NCBI GenBank assembly: GCA_049418765.1 | Contig: JBMSJJ010000006.1 | Span: 41,894 to 105,893, forward strand | Reading direction: 5' to 3' | Source: Rickettsiales bacterium | Lineage (GTDB): Bacteria > Pseudomonadota > Alphaproteobacteria > Rickettsiales > UBA1997 | DNA length: 64,000 nucleotides | Part shown: positions 49,216-58,040 of the stretch, piece after piece | Position numbering within the stretch: position 1 is the stretch's first letter | Layout of the letters: each line of letters starts with the position of its first letter | Notes under the pieces: model-generated | Seen by the model: the letters and a program-made list of their open reading frames with translations, nothing else | What the model was told of the DNA's origin: nothing | Databases searched by the model: none | Program-made: the position numbers and the translations under genes

Positions 49216-51507
49216 ATGATATATCATCTCATACGCAGTTATAAATTACACAGCGATAGATTGAAAAAGAGCTATAAACGCTTTTTGAAGAAGACAAAAA
49301 TTTCCTGTTTAAGATTTAAAAAAAAATTGTGCATCTATTTCTCATTAACTTTCAGATGGATAAAGGATAAATGGCAAAAAGTTCTATTTTGGATAAGTAT
49401 ATTTCCTGCATCATTTATTACTCTAGTTTTACTAGGTTTATTTTACTTTGCAGGATTGCCTAATTGTACCAATAATGAACCATGTCATCAAGAGATAGGT
49501 AATACAATCGCCCAATTAATGGGAACAATTCTAGCTTTAGTTTATTCCCTTGCTATTGTAGGTTTTCAAATTGCGGGTACAAATTACTCTCGCTCTGTAG
49601 TCAGAATGCTCTTTAGGGATCGCAAGGCACAAATTTCAGTCTTAATCACGTTTTCATTAATTGTTATTTCGCTCTTCTTATCTCAAATAAAGCTATTTCC
49701 ATTTTGGGGCTTCATTAGTGCAAACGGCATTTTCTATTTTCAGATATTTCTTCTGGGACTTGCTGTAGATGCTATTCATTTCTTTTACACACGAGTAATA
49801 AACATCAATGATCCTCTACACACGCTAGACGCTCTTTTTCAAGAGCTTAGTTTATCAATTAAGAAAAGTGATAAGATTATTAGAAGTCGAGTTAAGAAAA
49901 AGGAAGGAAGCGAAAAAGACTTAGATGGTTTTAATCCTGAAGTCGCTGGTTTATATGCTCTATATCCTGACTTCGATAGTTCAGTAAATTATTACATTAA
50001 CGATATTTTTGAAGTTTCCCATAAGGCTTTGCAAAGAAACGATTATACCACCACTAATGGCTCTCTTCAGACAATAGTCAAAATCATGAAAGAATTTCTA
50101 AACACTAGAAAAGATACGATATTCATACTGCCAAGCACTAATCCTTTTATGATGATGAGTTGCCCAACTTCAGTAGATAGAGTCGTTGAAAAAGCTTGCG
50201 AAGAATTAATGACCTTAAACAAAGAAGCGATTCGCCAAGAAAAAGAAAATATTAACATCAAAATCATACAAGCATTCTGGCAAATTATTGATCTTTGCTT
50301 GCAAACAAAGATAAGCTCTAACCCATTTAACCAGAATGCGTTGGTTACGATGCCATTAAGTTATATTGGTAGTTGTGTCTTAGAGTGTCAGAGAAAGGGA
50401 ATGATGGAAGTTCCGTGGGAATTTATAAAATATATTCCCTATATTACATCGAAAGCTGAACAAGATATTCAGGCTATAAAATTGTATCTGCCTTTAGCAG
50501 ACACTACTAATAAGGTAATTCATGCTGCATATACAAACAAACATGAAGTAGTCGCTAAACAAGCTATAACTAATCTACTGCATATGGTTTCTATATTGAT
50601 AGAAAGGAACTATTGGCAGCTTGAAGAGGTATCTGAAGATGTGTTGAAGAAGGTAACTTTCTATTTCTCATTTCATAAAATATGGGAAATTGCAGAGCCG
50701 AGTAAGTTTATCATGAATGTATTTTCACCATTCGATACCAGCTCAAACTACTCATTACAAATATTATCAGAAAAAAGCAGATGCCTAATTAAAAAATCTG
50801 ATCCAAGAGAAATCTTCTCGGATCCTTATCTGAATTTTATTAAATTTAATAAAATATTGTCAGATTGCTTTTCTGAATTGTTTAGAAATCAATCTCCCGG
50901 TAAAAGCTTTACTATGCATGGCATAGTTTATGGTTTAGATCATATACTAAGGGTGTATTACTTAGTAATAGAAGAAGCTGAAAAAGTTGAAAGAAAACAA
51001 CCCTACCATATAAGCAACTTAATAATTAGCCTTAAGCTTTATATATGGCCGCTTAGCTTTATTAAAGAGATAGATGGGCAATACGCAAAAAATTGTGGGG
51101 ATGTTTTAGGTGTTCAAGCGATACATTATGCAAAAAAAAGCTATACTGAAATTTCAATAGAATTGTGCAAAGTACTCTTAAGAATTGCCTTAGCTTCATA
51201 TAAAACAGCAGAGGATAAAATAAGCGCAATAACACGAATATTTTATGACATATGGTGTGTTGAGAAATATTTAGAGAAGTTAGGACAAAGCGCAGAAGCC
51301 GAGATAATAAAAAAGGTATATACCTCAAAAAGTCAGGAAGTTTCAGAAAAAGATTGGGGAAAAATCTTGGTTAAGATTTCTGAATTTCCTGCAAACTTTA
51401 AGAGGGAATTGAATAATGGATATAGTACCAGAATATTAAAAACTCCTGAGGGTTTTCTAATTAATTGGTTAGAGAAAAATACCACCTTTGACAATAGAAA
51501 TTTGTAG
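49216..51507 (+). CDS. 763-aa membrane protein, DUF2254-like N-terminus
   Basis: Four N-terminal TM helices. IAQLMGTILALVYSLAIVGFQIAGTNYSRSVVRMLFRDRKAQ resembles the DUF2254 signature (…Q.as.q.SPR…f..D). It has a large soluble C-terminal part and is divergent from hipB-2. Confidence 0.5.
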   Translation: MIYHLIRSYKLHSDRLKKSYKRFLKKTKISCLRFKKKLCIYFSLTFRWIKDKWQKVLFWISIFPASFITLVLLGLFYFAGLPNCTNNEPCHQEIGNTIAQLMGTILALVYSLAIVGFQIAGTNYSRSVVRMLFRDRKAQISVLITFSLIVISLFLSQIKLFPFWGFISANGIFYFQIFLLGLAVDAIHFFYTRVININDPLHTLDALFQELSLSIKKSDKIIRSRVKKKEGSEKDLDGFNPEVAGLYALYPDFDSSVNYYINDIFEVSHKALQRNDYTTTNGSLQTIVKIMKEFLNTRKDTIFILPSTNPFMMMSCPTSVDRVVEKACEELMTLNKEAIRQEKENINIKIIQAFWQIIDLCLQTKISSNPFNQNALVTMPLSYIGSCVLECQRKGMMEVPWEFIKYIPYITSKAEQDIQAIKLYLPLADTTNKVIHAAYTNKHEVVAKQAITNLLHMVSILIERNYWQLEEVSEDVLKKVTFYFSFHKIWEIAEPSKFIMNVFSPFDTSSNYSLQILSEKSRCLIKKSDPREIFSDPYLNFIKFNKILSDCFSELFRNQSPGKSFTMHGIVYGLDHILRVYYLVIEEAEKVERKQPYHISNLIISLKLYIWPLSFIKEIDGQYAKNCGDVLGVQAIHYAKKSYTEISIELCKVLLRIALASYKTAEDKISAITRIFYDIWCVEKYLEKLGQSAEAEIIKKVYTSKSQEVSEKDWGKILVKISEFPANFKRELNNGYSTRILKTPEGFLINWLEKNTTFDNRNL

Positions 51508-51515
51508 GTAAATTG

Positions 51516-52673
51516 ATGGCAAGCTCTACCAAGAAAAATCATTATGTTCCGAGATTTTATTTAAAATCCTTCCAGAAAGATGGAGTAGTATATCAAAGAG
51601 ACTTAACGAAAAATAAAATTTATCCCATCTCAAATTTAATTGAGGTGTATAAGAAAAATAATCTCTATACAATTTAGGATAAAATTACATGCGATGACAT
51701 CACATTTTTCTTTCAAATAGCCTACAATGGACAGGTCAATCCTTATGATCAGAGATTTTTTAAATTTTTAATATCATTTTTAAATGATGAGTTTGCAAAC
51801 TTGTTGGAAGTGAAATCTAGTAATGATTCTTACACTAGTAAAATGACAGAAGAAATTAGGAAAACATTTAATAACCAAATTTCTCGTAACCAAGAGGATC
51901 TGTACCAAAAATATGAAAATGATTTTTTGTTTATTTATAAAAAGATTCTAACCCAAGAAAATTTATTATTTCTAGAAAAGGAGAAGGAAGAAGATTACAC
52001 ATTTAAACTGCATCATCTATTGAAAATAACTCAATATATGTTTCACCATTTTTACTCAAAGAGTGTATCTGAAATAAAAAAACTAAATCCTAAAGATGCA
52101 TTAGAGTTAAAACGCATAACACCTCCCGATGTATCCGCTTTGAAAGATTCTGAATACTATAATATGATCTATTACCTAGTATCACAGTATTTTAGAACAC
52201 TAAAAATGTAAGAATCTTTAAAAGAAATATTCGATAGTGAGTTAGTTAGACAAACTATAATCAAAAGCAAAAAAGTTCTTAATATAGATAATGTTAATTC
52301 AAGTAACTTTATTTACTTAATGTCGCACTATCAAACTATTGATTTAACTAATAGATTAGTTGCTTCTGGTTATAAATTAGTTTTAATAAAGAATTGTAGC
52401 GATTTAGATTTTATTACTTCCGACAACCCTTCTATAAATACATATTCGCATATTGTCAAAAGTGGAGGAAATCTAAAAGAAGATGAATTTGAAATATTTT
52501 TTCCATTATCTCCGAAATTAGCTGTGCTATACGGTAAAAAAGGTGACTATTATGATTTATCTACCGTAGAGATCAAATCTATGCTTCAAATAAGAATATG
52601 GAATGCTGCAATAAAAGAAGTTGCTCATCGATATATATATTCTGACCAAGAAGATATTGTAAAAATTCACTAA
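51516..52673 (+). pseudogene. DUF4238-family gene interrupted by two in-frame stop codons
   Basis: A single frame reads MASSTKKNHYVPRFYLKSF... (DUF4238 N-terminal hallmark HYVPxFYLxxF). It passes a TAG at 51675-51677 and a TAA at 52209-52211, then continues to ...DFITSDNPS... (a second hallmark). All three pieces are in the same frame: 51801-51516=285 and 52320-52212=108. Confidence 0.7.
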
Positions 52674-52965
52674 TATAAAATTCCCAATTCTGTAGTTTTT
52701 CCGCTTATGGAAATGACATGACACCCCTAGCACTTCGCTTTCAAAAACCCTGGGTACCCTTTGTATAGGAGAAATTATCGCCAAATTAAAAAATCCACAC
52801 TTTTAAGGTTTGGTAAATAAAGGTTTCGCAGTAGATTTATCTTAGAGAAGATTTACAGCACAAAGATTTGAAGAAGGTAGAATGGACTTGTTTTTAAAAG
52901 TATCCCCAGAGTATCCCCGAAGATTTTGATGAGAAGTCTGTAAGGCTGCGAAGCTTAGAGGGAAG

Positions 52966-53042
52966 TGGTTGCGGGGGCTGGATTTGAACCAACGACCTTC
53001 AGGTTATGAGCCTGACAAGCTACCGGGCTGCTCTACCCCGCG
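52966..53042 (-). tRNA. Initiator tRNA-fMet (anticodon CAT)
   Basis: The reverse complement is CGCGGGGTAGAGCAGCCCGGTAGCTTGTCAGGCTCATAACCTGAAGGTCGTTGGTTCAAATCCAGCCCCCGCAACCA. It is 77 nt and folds as a cloverleaf, with the C1xA72 mismatch typical of bacterial initiators and an encoded CCA. Confidence 0.9.
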
Positions 53043-53046
53043 ATAA

Positions 53047-53240
53047 GATGAAACCGAGTTTTAAGCCCGGTTAGCTTTTATTTGTTTTTGCCGAGGGCAA
53101 AAACTCGGGGCTGCTTACCCCGCTGGTATTGATGAAACCGAGTTTTAAGCCCGGTTAGCTTTTATTTGTTTTTGCCGAGGGCAAAAACTCGGGGCTGCTT
53201 ACCCCGCTGGTATTGATGAAACCGAGTTTTAAGCCCGGTT
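53047..53240. repeat. 84-bp tandem repeat, about 2.3 copies, directly upstream of tRNA-fMet
   Basis: Units at 53047-53130 and 53131-53214 read as identical. A partial third unit covers 53215-53240. Each full unit carries GGGCTGCTTACCCCGC, which mimics the tRNA 5' end (GGGCTGCTCTACCCCGC), and the hairpin TTTTTGCC-gag-GGCAAAAA. Confidence 0.85.
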
Positions 53241-53345
53241 AAATTTTATGATTAAATTTAATTTAAAAAAAACAAATTTAATTTGTAAAGTTAGTGTAAG
53301 GTTTATATTTTAGATGGCAAGGATTAAGTTAAATTTTTTTATTTT

Positions 53346-53672
53346 ATGCAAACAATTATTTTACTAACTTTATCAAATATTTTTATGACCTTTGCTTGGT
53401 ATGGTCATCTCAAATTTCGTGATGTAGCATTATGGCAAGTGATTTTAGTGAGCTGGCTGATTGCCTTGCCAGAATATGCATTACAAGTGCCGGCCAATCG
53501 CTATGGTTATGGAAAATTTACCGCCATCGAACTAAAAACTATTCAAGAGGTAATTTCTTTAACGGTTTTTTGCATTTTTTCAATTTTTTATTTAAAAGAA
53601 AAATTACTTTGGAATCATTTACTTGGTTTCGTTTTGATTGTGATTGCGACTTATTTAATTTTTAAGAAATAG
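53346..53672 (+). CDS. DMT-superfamily small membrane protein (DUF486-like)
   Basis: 108 aa. LSNIFMTFAWYGHLKF at the N-terminus and four TM helices. Confidence 0.75.
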   Translation: MQTIILLTLSNIFMTFAWYGHLKFRDVALWQVILVSWLIALPEYALQVPANRYGYGKFTAIELKTIQEVISLTVFCIFSIFYLKEKLLWNHLLGFVLIVIATYLIFKK

Positions 53673-53782
53673 GGTAGAGGGTTAATAAATTTATGCCAAT
53701 AGCGAAGTTGATTAGATTTAGGCAAATTATTAAAATAAAAAAAAATACAAAAAATTAAATTAATTATTTACATAAATTAAAA

Positions 53783-54022
53783 CTAAAAATGTTTTTTTGT
53801 GAATGCCTTTCCCGAGTGAGATTTTAAATATTTTTCGAATTTTAATGCTTTTTCCTTATTATTAAATCCGCAATAAAATTCTAAACCCCAAGGTTTGAAT
53901 TTGTTGGTGTGAATTGATTTTCCTAAATTATGATCAATCAATCTTTGCTTAAGATTTGAAGTGTATCCGACATATGATTGCTGAGGGTCTAATTTGGATT
54001 TTAGAATGTAGGTGTAAAACAT
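53783..54022 (-). CDS. Small GIY-YIG domain protein
   Basis: MFYTYILKSKLDPQQSYVGYTSNLKQRLIDHN contains the GIY...YVG motif of stand-alone GIY-YIG proteins. Confidence 0.8.
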   Translation of the reverse strand: MFYTYILKSKLDPQQSYVGYTSNLKQRLIDHNLGKSIHTNKFKPWGLEFYCGFNNKEKALKFEKYLKSHSGKAFTKKHF

Positions 54023-54100
54023 TTTCTTATGGTGATAAGAATTAATTTGAGTTTTTAAATTATTATAAAGCCAATCTTCGCCCTTCGGGCTTCGCTTGGC

Positions 54101-54165
54101 ATGCTTCGCTCTAACGATCTACTTTGGCACTGGCGTGCCATGCGTAGCTCGTAAGAGCGAAGCAT
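54101..54165. repeat. 12-bp perfect inverted repeat enclosing a GC hairpin, abutting the tRNA-Ala 3' end
   Basis: ATGCTTCGCTCT (54101-54112) pairs with AGAGCGAAGCAT (54154-54165). An inner GGCAC-tggc-GTGCC sits at 54126-54139. A further GCCC-ttc-GGGC hairpin sits at 54080-54090. GCGAAG occurs three times on the minus strand. Confidence 0.6.
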
Positions 54166-54240
54166 GGTGGAGATAACGAGATTCGAACTCGTGACCTTTT
54201 GCATGCCATGCAAACGCGCTACCAACTGCGCTATATCCCC
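54165..54240 (-). tRNA. tRNA-Ala (anticodon GGC)
   Basis: The reverse complement is GGGGATATAGCGCAGTTGGTAGCGCGTTTGCATGGCATGCAAAAGGTCACGAGTTCGAATCTCGTTATCTCCACCA. It is 76 nt, has the G3:U70 alanine identity pair and an encoded CCA. Confidence 0.9.
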
Positions 54241-54309
54241 ATATGATTTTGGTTAATTAAAATCTAAAAAAATATTTTAAAGATGAAAACTTCAATAGCA
54301 AGTTAAAAA

Positions 54310-55530
54310 TTAACCGAGATTTTTTTGATTTAAAGCTAAAATTCCGGGCAATTCTTTACCCTCGAGCCACTCTAAAAAAGCTCCTCCAGCGGTTGAAATA
54401 TAAGTGAAATCTAAAGCTAAATTCGCCGAATTTATCGCCGAAACAACATCGCCACCTCCAGCAATCGACAAAATATTTCCAGCCTTAGTAAGGCTTGCGA
54501 TACTATGAGCGATAGCCTTAGTTCCTAGGTGAAAAGGCTCAATTTCAAAGGCTCCAAGAGGACCGTTCCAAATAACAGTTTTAAAATTTAATAATTTTTC
54601 TTGTATTAATTTGATAGTCTTTTCACCGATATCAAGAATAATTTCATCATCATTAATTTGATTTACCGATTTAGTGGCATTTGAAGCGTGCGCCTTAAAT
54701 TCTTTGGCAACTACTGCATCAATTGGCAAAATAATTTCGCAATTATTTTCATTGGCGGTTTTTAAAATATCCAATGCGGTTTGCTTTAAATCCTTTTCGC
54801 ATAGCGATTTACCAACATTTTTTCCAGTGGCATATAAAAAAGTATTAGCCATTCCGCCACCAACTACAATTGCTTTGACCTTAGTTGAAAGGGCGTTCAA
54901 TAAATCAATTTTGGTCGATACTTTAGCGCCACCAACCATTGCTATTATTGGTTTCTGCGGATTCTCTAATAAGTTAGTAAGATTATCAAGCTCAACTTCC
55001 ATTTGAAAACCAGCGCATGATTTTAATAAGGCAGGAATGCCAGTGATAGAAGCATGGGCGCGGTGCGAACAAGAAAAGGCGTCATTGACATATAAATTGC
55101 CCAAAGATGCCAAGAATCTTGAAAATTCTGGTTCATTCTTGGTTTCTTGTTTGTAATAACGAAGATTTTCAAGTAAAATAATTTCGCCATAATTGGCGTT
55201 GTTAACGGCTTGTCTAGTTGATTCTTTGAAGCAATCATCGACAAAAGAAATTTTAATTGGCGATAATAATTCTTTTAATCTAGGCATTAATTGAGAAAGC
55301 GAAGAAGCTTGGTCAAAAGATCCGTCTGGCTTGATTTCAGGTCGACCAAAATGGGCAATTACAATAACTTTTGCCTGATTTTCAGCCAAATATTTTAGGG
55401 TAGGGATGATGGCTTTGATTCTAGTGTCATCCTCGATAACATTATTAACTATTGGCACATTAATATCGACGCGAACTATAACATTTTTATTGGTAACGAC
55501 GCAATCTTTTAAACGATTAAATTTTGGCAT
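54310..55530 (-). CDS. pgk: Phosphoglycerate kinase
   Basis: 406 aa. RVDINVP, HFGRP and the C-terminal STAGGAFLEWLEGK motifs. Confidence 0.95.
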   Translation of the reverse strand: MPKFNRLKDCVVTNKNVIVRVDINVPIVNNVIEDDTRIKAIIPTLKYLAENQAKVIVIAHFGRPEIKPDGSFDQASSLSQLMPRLKELLSPIKISFVDDCFKESTRQAVNNANYGEIILLENLRYYKQETKNEPEFSRFLASLGNLYVNDAFSCSHRAHASITGIPALLKSCAGFQMEVELDNLTNLLENPQKPIIAMVGGAKVSTKIDLLNALSTKVKAIVVGGGMANTFLYATGKNVGKSLCEKDLKQTALDILKTANENNCEIILPIDAVVAKEFKAHASNATKSVNQINDDEIILDIGEKTIKLIQEKLLNFKTVIWNGPLGAFEIEPFHLGTKAIAHSIASLTKAGNILSIAGGGDVVSAINSANLALDFTYISTAGGAFLEWLEGKELPGILALNQKNLG

Positions 55531-55717
55531 ATAATTTTAATTTGAATTTTTTTTTCAAAATTTTAGAAAATAATTTCTTTGAATTCAAATAACTTTTTTA
55601 AAACTTTTAAATTAAAACTTGATTCTTACAATTTTTTTTTTAGAATTTATAAAATAAATCTAAAATATAGATATTATTATCAAAACTATTTAACAAATTT
55701 CAAAATTTTAAAATCAT

Positions 55718-55924
55718 ATGGGCACTAAGAATAACCCTAAAAACAGGGCAAAAAATGTTGAAAAAAGAAAGTTTAATGGCAAAGATGTTGAGCCAACTTA
55801 TTATTTTGGTGTAAGAGTTGGACACGGAAAATATATGGCCGCAAAATATGCTGGAACTTCGCAATTAGTATTAGGCGCTGATAACAAGCCAATTCAGTGG
55901 GATCAGCTTGATCAATCGGCTTAA
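55718..55924 (+). CDS. Hypothetical small basic protein
   Basis: 68-aa ORF in a 400-bp gap with an A/T-rich upstream region. No family recognised. Confidence 0.35.
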   Translation: MGTKNNPKNRAKNVEKRKFNGKDVEPTYYFGVRVGHGKYMAAKYAGTSQLVLGADNKPIQWDQLDQSA

Positions 55925-55936
55925 TTTTAAGCAATT

Positions 55937-56701
55937 ATGTCTGAAGTTATTATTGCTGGCAATGTCGGTAGAATCGAAGGAAAATATCATCAAAATGAAA
56001 ACCCTAAAGCCCCAGTTGCTTTAGTATTGCATCCTCATCCGCTTTATGGCGGAACTATGAACAATAAAATTACCTATAATCTTTACAAGGCTTTTGTAAA
56101 TAATGGCTTTTCGGTTTTGCGTGTAAATTTTCGTGGAGTTGGCAAAACTCAAGGCAAATTTGATAATGGCATTGGCGAGTTGATGGATGTTACTTCAGTT
56201 CTAAATTGGCTTCATGATCAAAATATGGAAGCAACAGAATTCTGGATTGCCGGATTTTCATTCGGTGCTTGGATTGCTTTACAGGCAGTTATGAGAAGAC
56301 CTGAGCTTGAAAATTATATTCTAGTTGCACCTCCAGCTTCAAAATATGATTTCAATTTTATCGTGCCATGTTCGTCATCGGGCTTGATAGTTCAAGGCGA
56401 AAATGATGAAGTCACCAAAGAGCAAGACTCTGCCAAATTAGCTGAAAGGCTATCAGCGCGTGATAGTGCAGAAATTTCTTACCAAATGATCACGGGAGCT
56501 GATCATTTTTTTAAGGAACAGCTTACAGAATTTGATGAAGTAATTGATAGCTACATTAAAAGCAGATTATTCATTGACTCTTCAAAAGTTCGCAAAGTTA
56601 AAAGAGATAGAAGGCGTCGCAGAAAAAAGAAAAATGTCGCCGAAACCAAGCCAGAGCGTAATTATAACCCAGTAAAACCATTAAATTTATTCGAGTTTTA
56701 G
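55937..56701 (+). CDS. Alpha/beta-hydrolase fold protein with a poly-basic C-terminal tail
   Basis: LVLHPHPLYGGTMNNK, RVNFRGVGKTQG and the nucleophile-elbow-like GFSFGAW. The tail reads KVKRDRRRRRKKKN. Confidence 0.75.
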   Translation: MSEVIIAGNVGRIEGKYHQNENPKAPVALVLHPHPLYGGTMNNKITYNLYKAFVNNGFSVLRVNFRGVGKTQGKFDNGIGELMDVTSVLNWLHDQNMEATEFWIAGFSFGAWIALQAVMRRPELENYILVAPPASKYDFNFIVPCSSSGLIVQGENDEVTKEQDSAKLAERLSARDSAEISYQMITGADHFFKEQLTEFDEVIDSYIKSRLFIDSSKVRKVKRDRRRRRKKKNVAETKPERNYNPVKPLNLFEF

Positions 56702-57031
56702 TTTTGGTTTAATTAAATTAATCCTCAAAATATTAAAAAATTAGCATTAGCTACTTTCTTATCTAGGGTTATTTTAAATATTGTCGGAGTAGCCAAGCAT
56801 TTAGAAAATAAGGATGATAGATTAATTCCATATTCATTGATGACAATTAGCTTATTTTATATGGGTTGCTCGTTAATGCTTCGTTCAAATCAAAACGAAA
56901 ATCACGATAATTATCCTGTTGGAATTGTTATTAATCCAAGCGTTGAGGTCATTGATAATCCAAATTCTGCTATCTATAGAAATGCTCCAACTGGCATCGT
57001 AGAAAATTCGGCAAGAATGTAAATTAAAAAT

Positions 57032-57955
57032 CTAATGTAAAATTAGGTCAATTTCTGGTTTTAAGCCATTCAAAAAATCCTTTATTGGGAGAGGATTTTT
57101 TCCGGGTTTTTGTAAAATTTTTGGAATAATAATGCCGTTATTACATTTTATATGAAATAAATTATTAATTATTTTGCCATTTTGTTCATTAGAATTTTCA
57201 ATTTTATAATCGCATTCTAAAATTTTAAAATTTTCATTTTTATAAATAAAAAAAGCTCCAAGATTTCCGCTTAAGCCTCGAATTAATCCAGAAATTTCTT
57301 GGCAAGTTAAATTCCAATTAATTTTTGCCTCTTCTTTAGCGATTTTTTTGGCGTAAGTAGCTAAATGATGATTTTGCGAAGAAAATTTTAGCGAATTTTG
57401 TTTGATGGCTTCAATGGCATTGACCATTAATTTTGCACCAATTTTTGCGGTCTTATCTTGAATTAAGCTAAAATTTTCTTGTGGGGAAATATTAAAATCT
57501 TCACTCAAAACAATATCGCCGCTATCAATTCCTTCATCCATTTTAATAATGCAAACCGCACTTTCATTTTCAAGATTCATTATTGATCTTTGTAATGGAG
57601 CGCTTCCACGATAAAGTGGTAATTTTGAGGGATGAATATTGAAGCAGCCATATTTGGTAGCATTTAAAATTGCTTTTGGCAAAATTAAACCGTAAGAAAC
57701 CACCACCGCCAAATCGGCATTAAATGACCTAAATTCTTCTTGAGTTTCAGGAGTTTTTAAAGTTTTTGGGGTAAAAATTTTTAGATTTTTTTCATTGGCA
57801 AATTGATGAATTGGCGAATAATTTAATTTTTGACCCCGCCCACTAATTGAAGGTTCTTTAGTATATATGGCTAACAAATTATAATTTGGATTTTTCACCA
57901 ATTCCATCAAGGTTGGCAAGCCAAATTCGGAGGTTCCCATGAAAATAATATTCAT
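57032..57955 (-). CDS. fmt: Methionyl-tRNA formyltransferase
   Basis: MNIIFMGTSEF and FNIHPSKLPLYRGSAPLQRSI (the HPSLLPxxRG motif). Confidence 0.9.
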   Translation of the reverse strand: MNIIFMGTSEFGLPTLMELVKNPNYNLLAIYTKEPSISGRGQKLNYSPIHQFANEKNLKIFTPKTLKTPETQEEFRSFNADLAVVVSYGLILPKAILNATKYGCFNIHPSKLPLYRGSAPLQRSIMNLENESAVCIIKMDEGIDSGDIVLSEDFNISPQENFSLIQDKTAKIGAKLMVNAIEAIKQNSLKFSSQNHHLATYAKKIAKEEAKINWNLTCQEISGLIRGLSGNLGAFFIYKNENFKILECDYKIENSNEQNGKIINNLFHIKCNNGIIIPKILQKPGKNPLPIKDFLNGLKPEIDLILH

Positions 57956-58040
57956 AAATTTAATATAGAAATTTAACTTGTATAATTTAAATTAATTGAG
58001 AAAATAATTAAAAAATATAATTGCAATTTTTTTAAAATAT

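Larger units (their letters stand above)
38760..52965. mobile_element. Decayed tRNA-fMet-associated genomic island of about 14.2 kb. The hipBA-1 segment at 36.9-38.7 kb is probably an older adjoining part.
   Basis: It is bounded by the intact tRNA-fMet 3' end (52966) and a same-orientation degenerate copy of that end (38760-38799). G+C is visibly higher than in the flanks. It contains phage/primase pseudogene fragments and accessory cargo. No integrase or transposase ORF is detectable. Confidence 0.5.

Noticed and set aside
51675-52211. In-frame TAG and TAA in the DUF4238 gene as evidence for stop-codon reassignment or programmed readthrough
   Set aside because: TAA and TAG terminate many well-supported genes in this window at the expected protein lengths (for example trxA, coaD, pgk). 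A pseudogene is therefore the simpler explanation.
53047-53240. Possible CRISPR array because of regularly repeated sequence near an island
   Set aside because: The units are directly abutting 84-bp tandem copies with no unique spacers. No cas genes are in the window.
56717-57022. A possible small membrane protein between the hydrolase gene and fmt (track ORF 56837-57022, open upstream to 56717)
   Set aside because: There is no canonical start for the longer frame and no recognisable family. It could be a decayed gene. The evidence is too weak to report as a feature.
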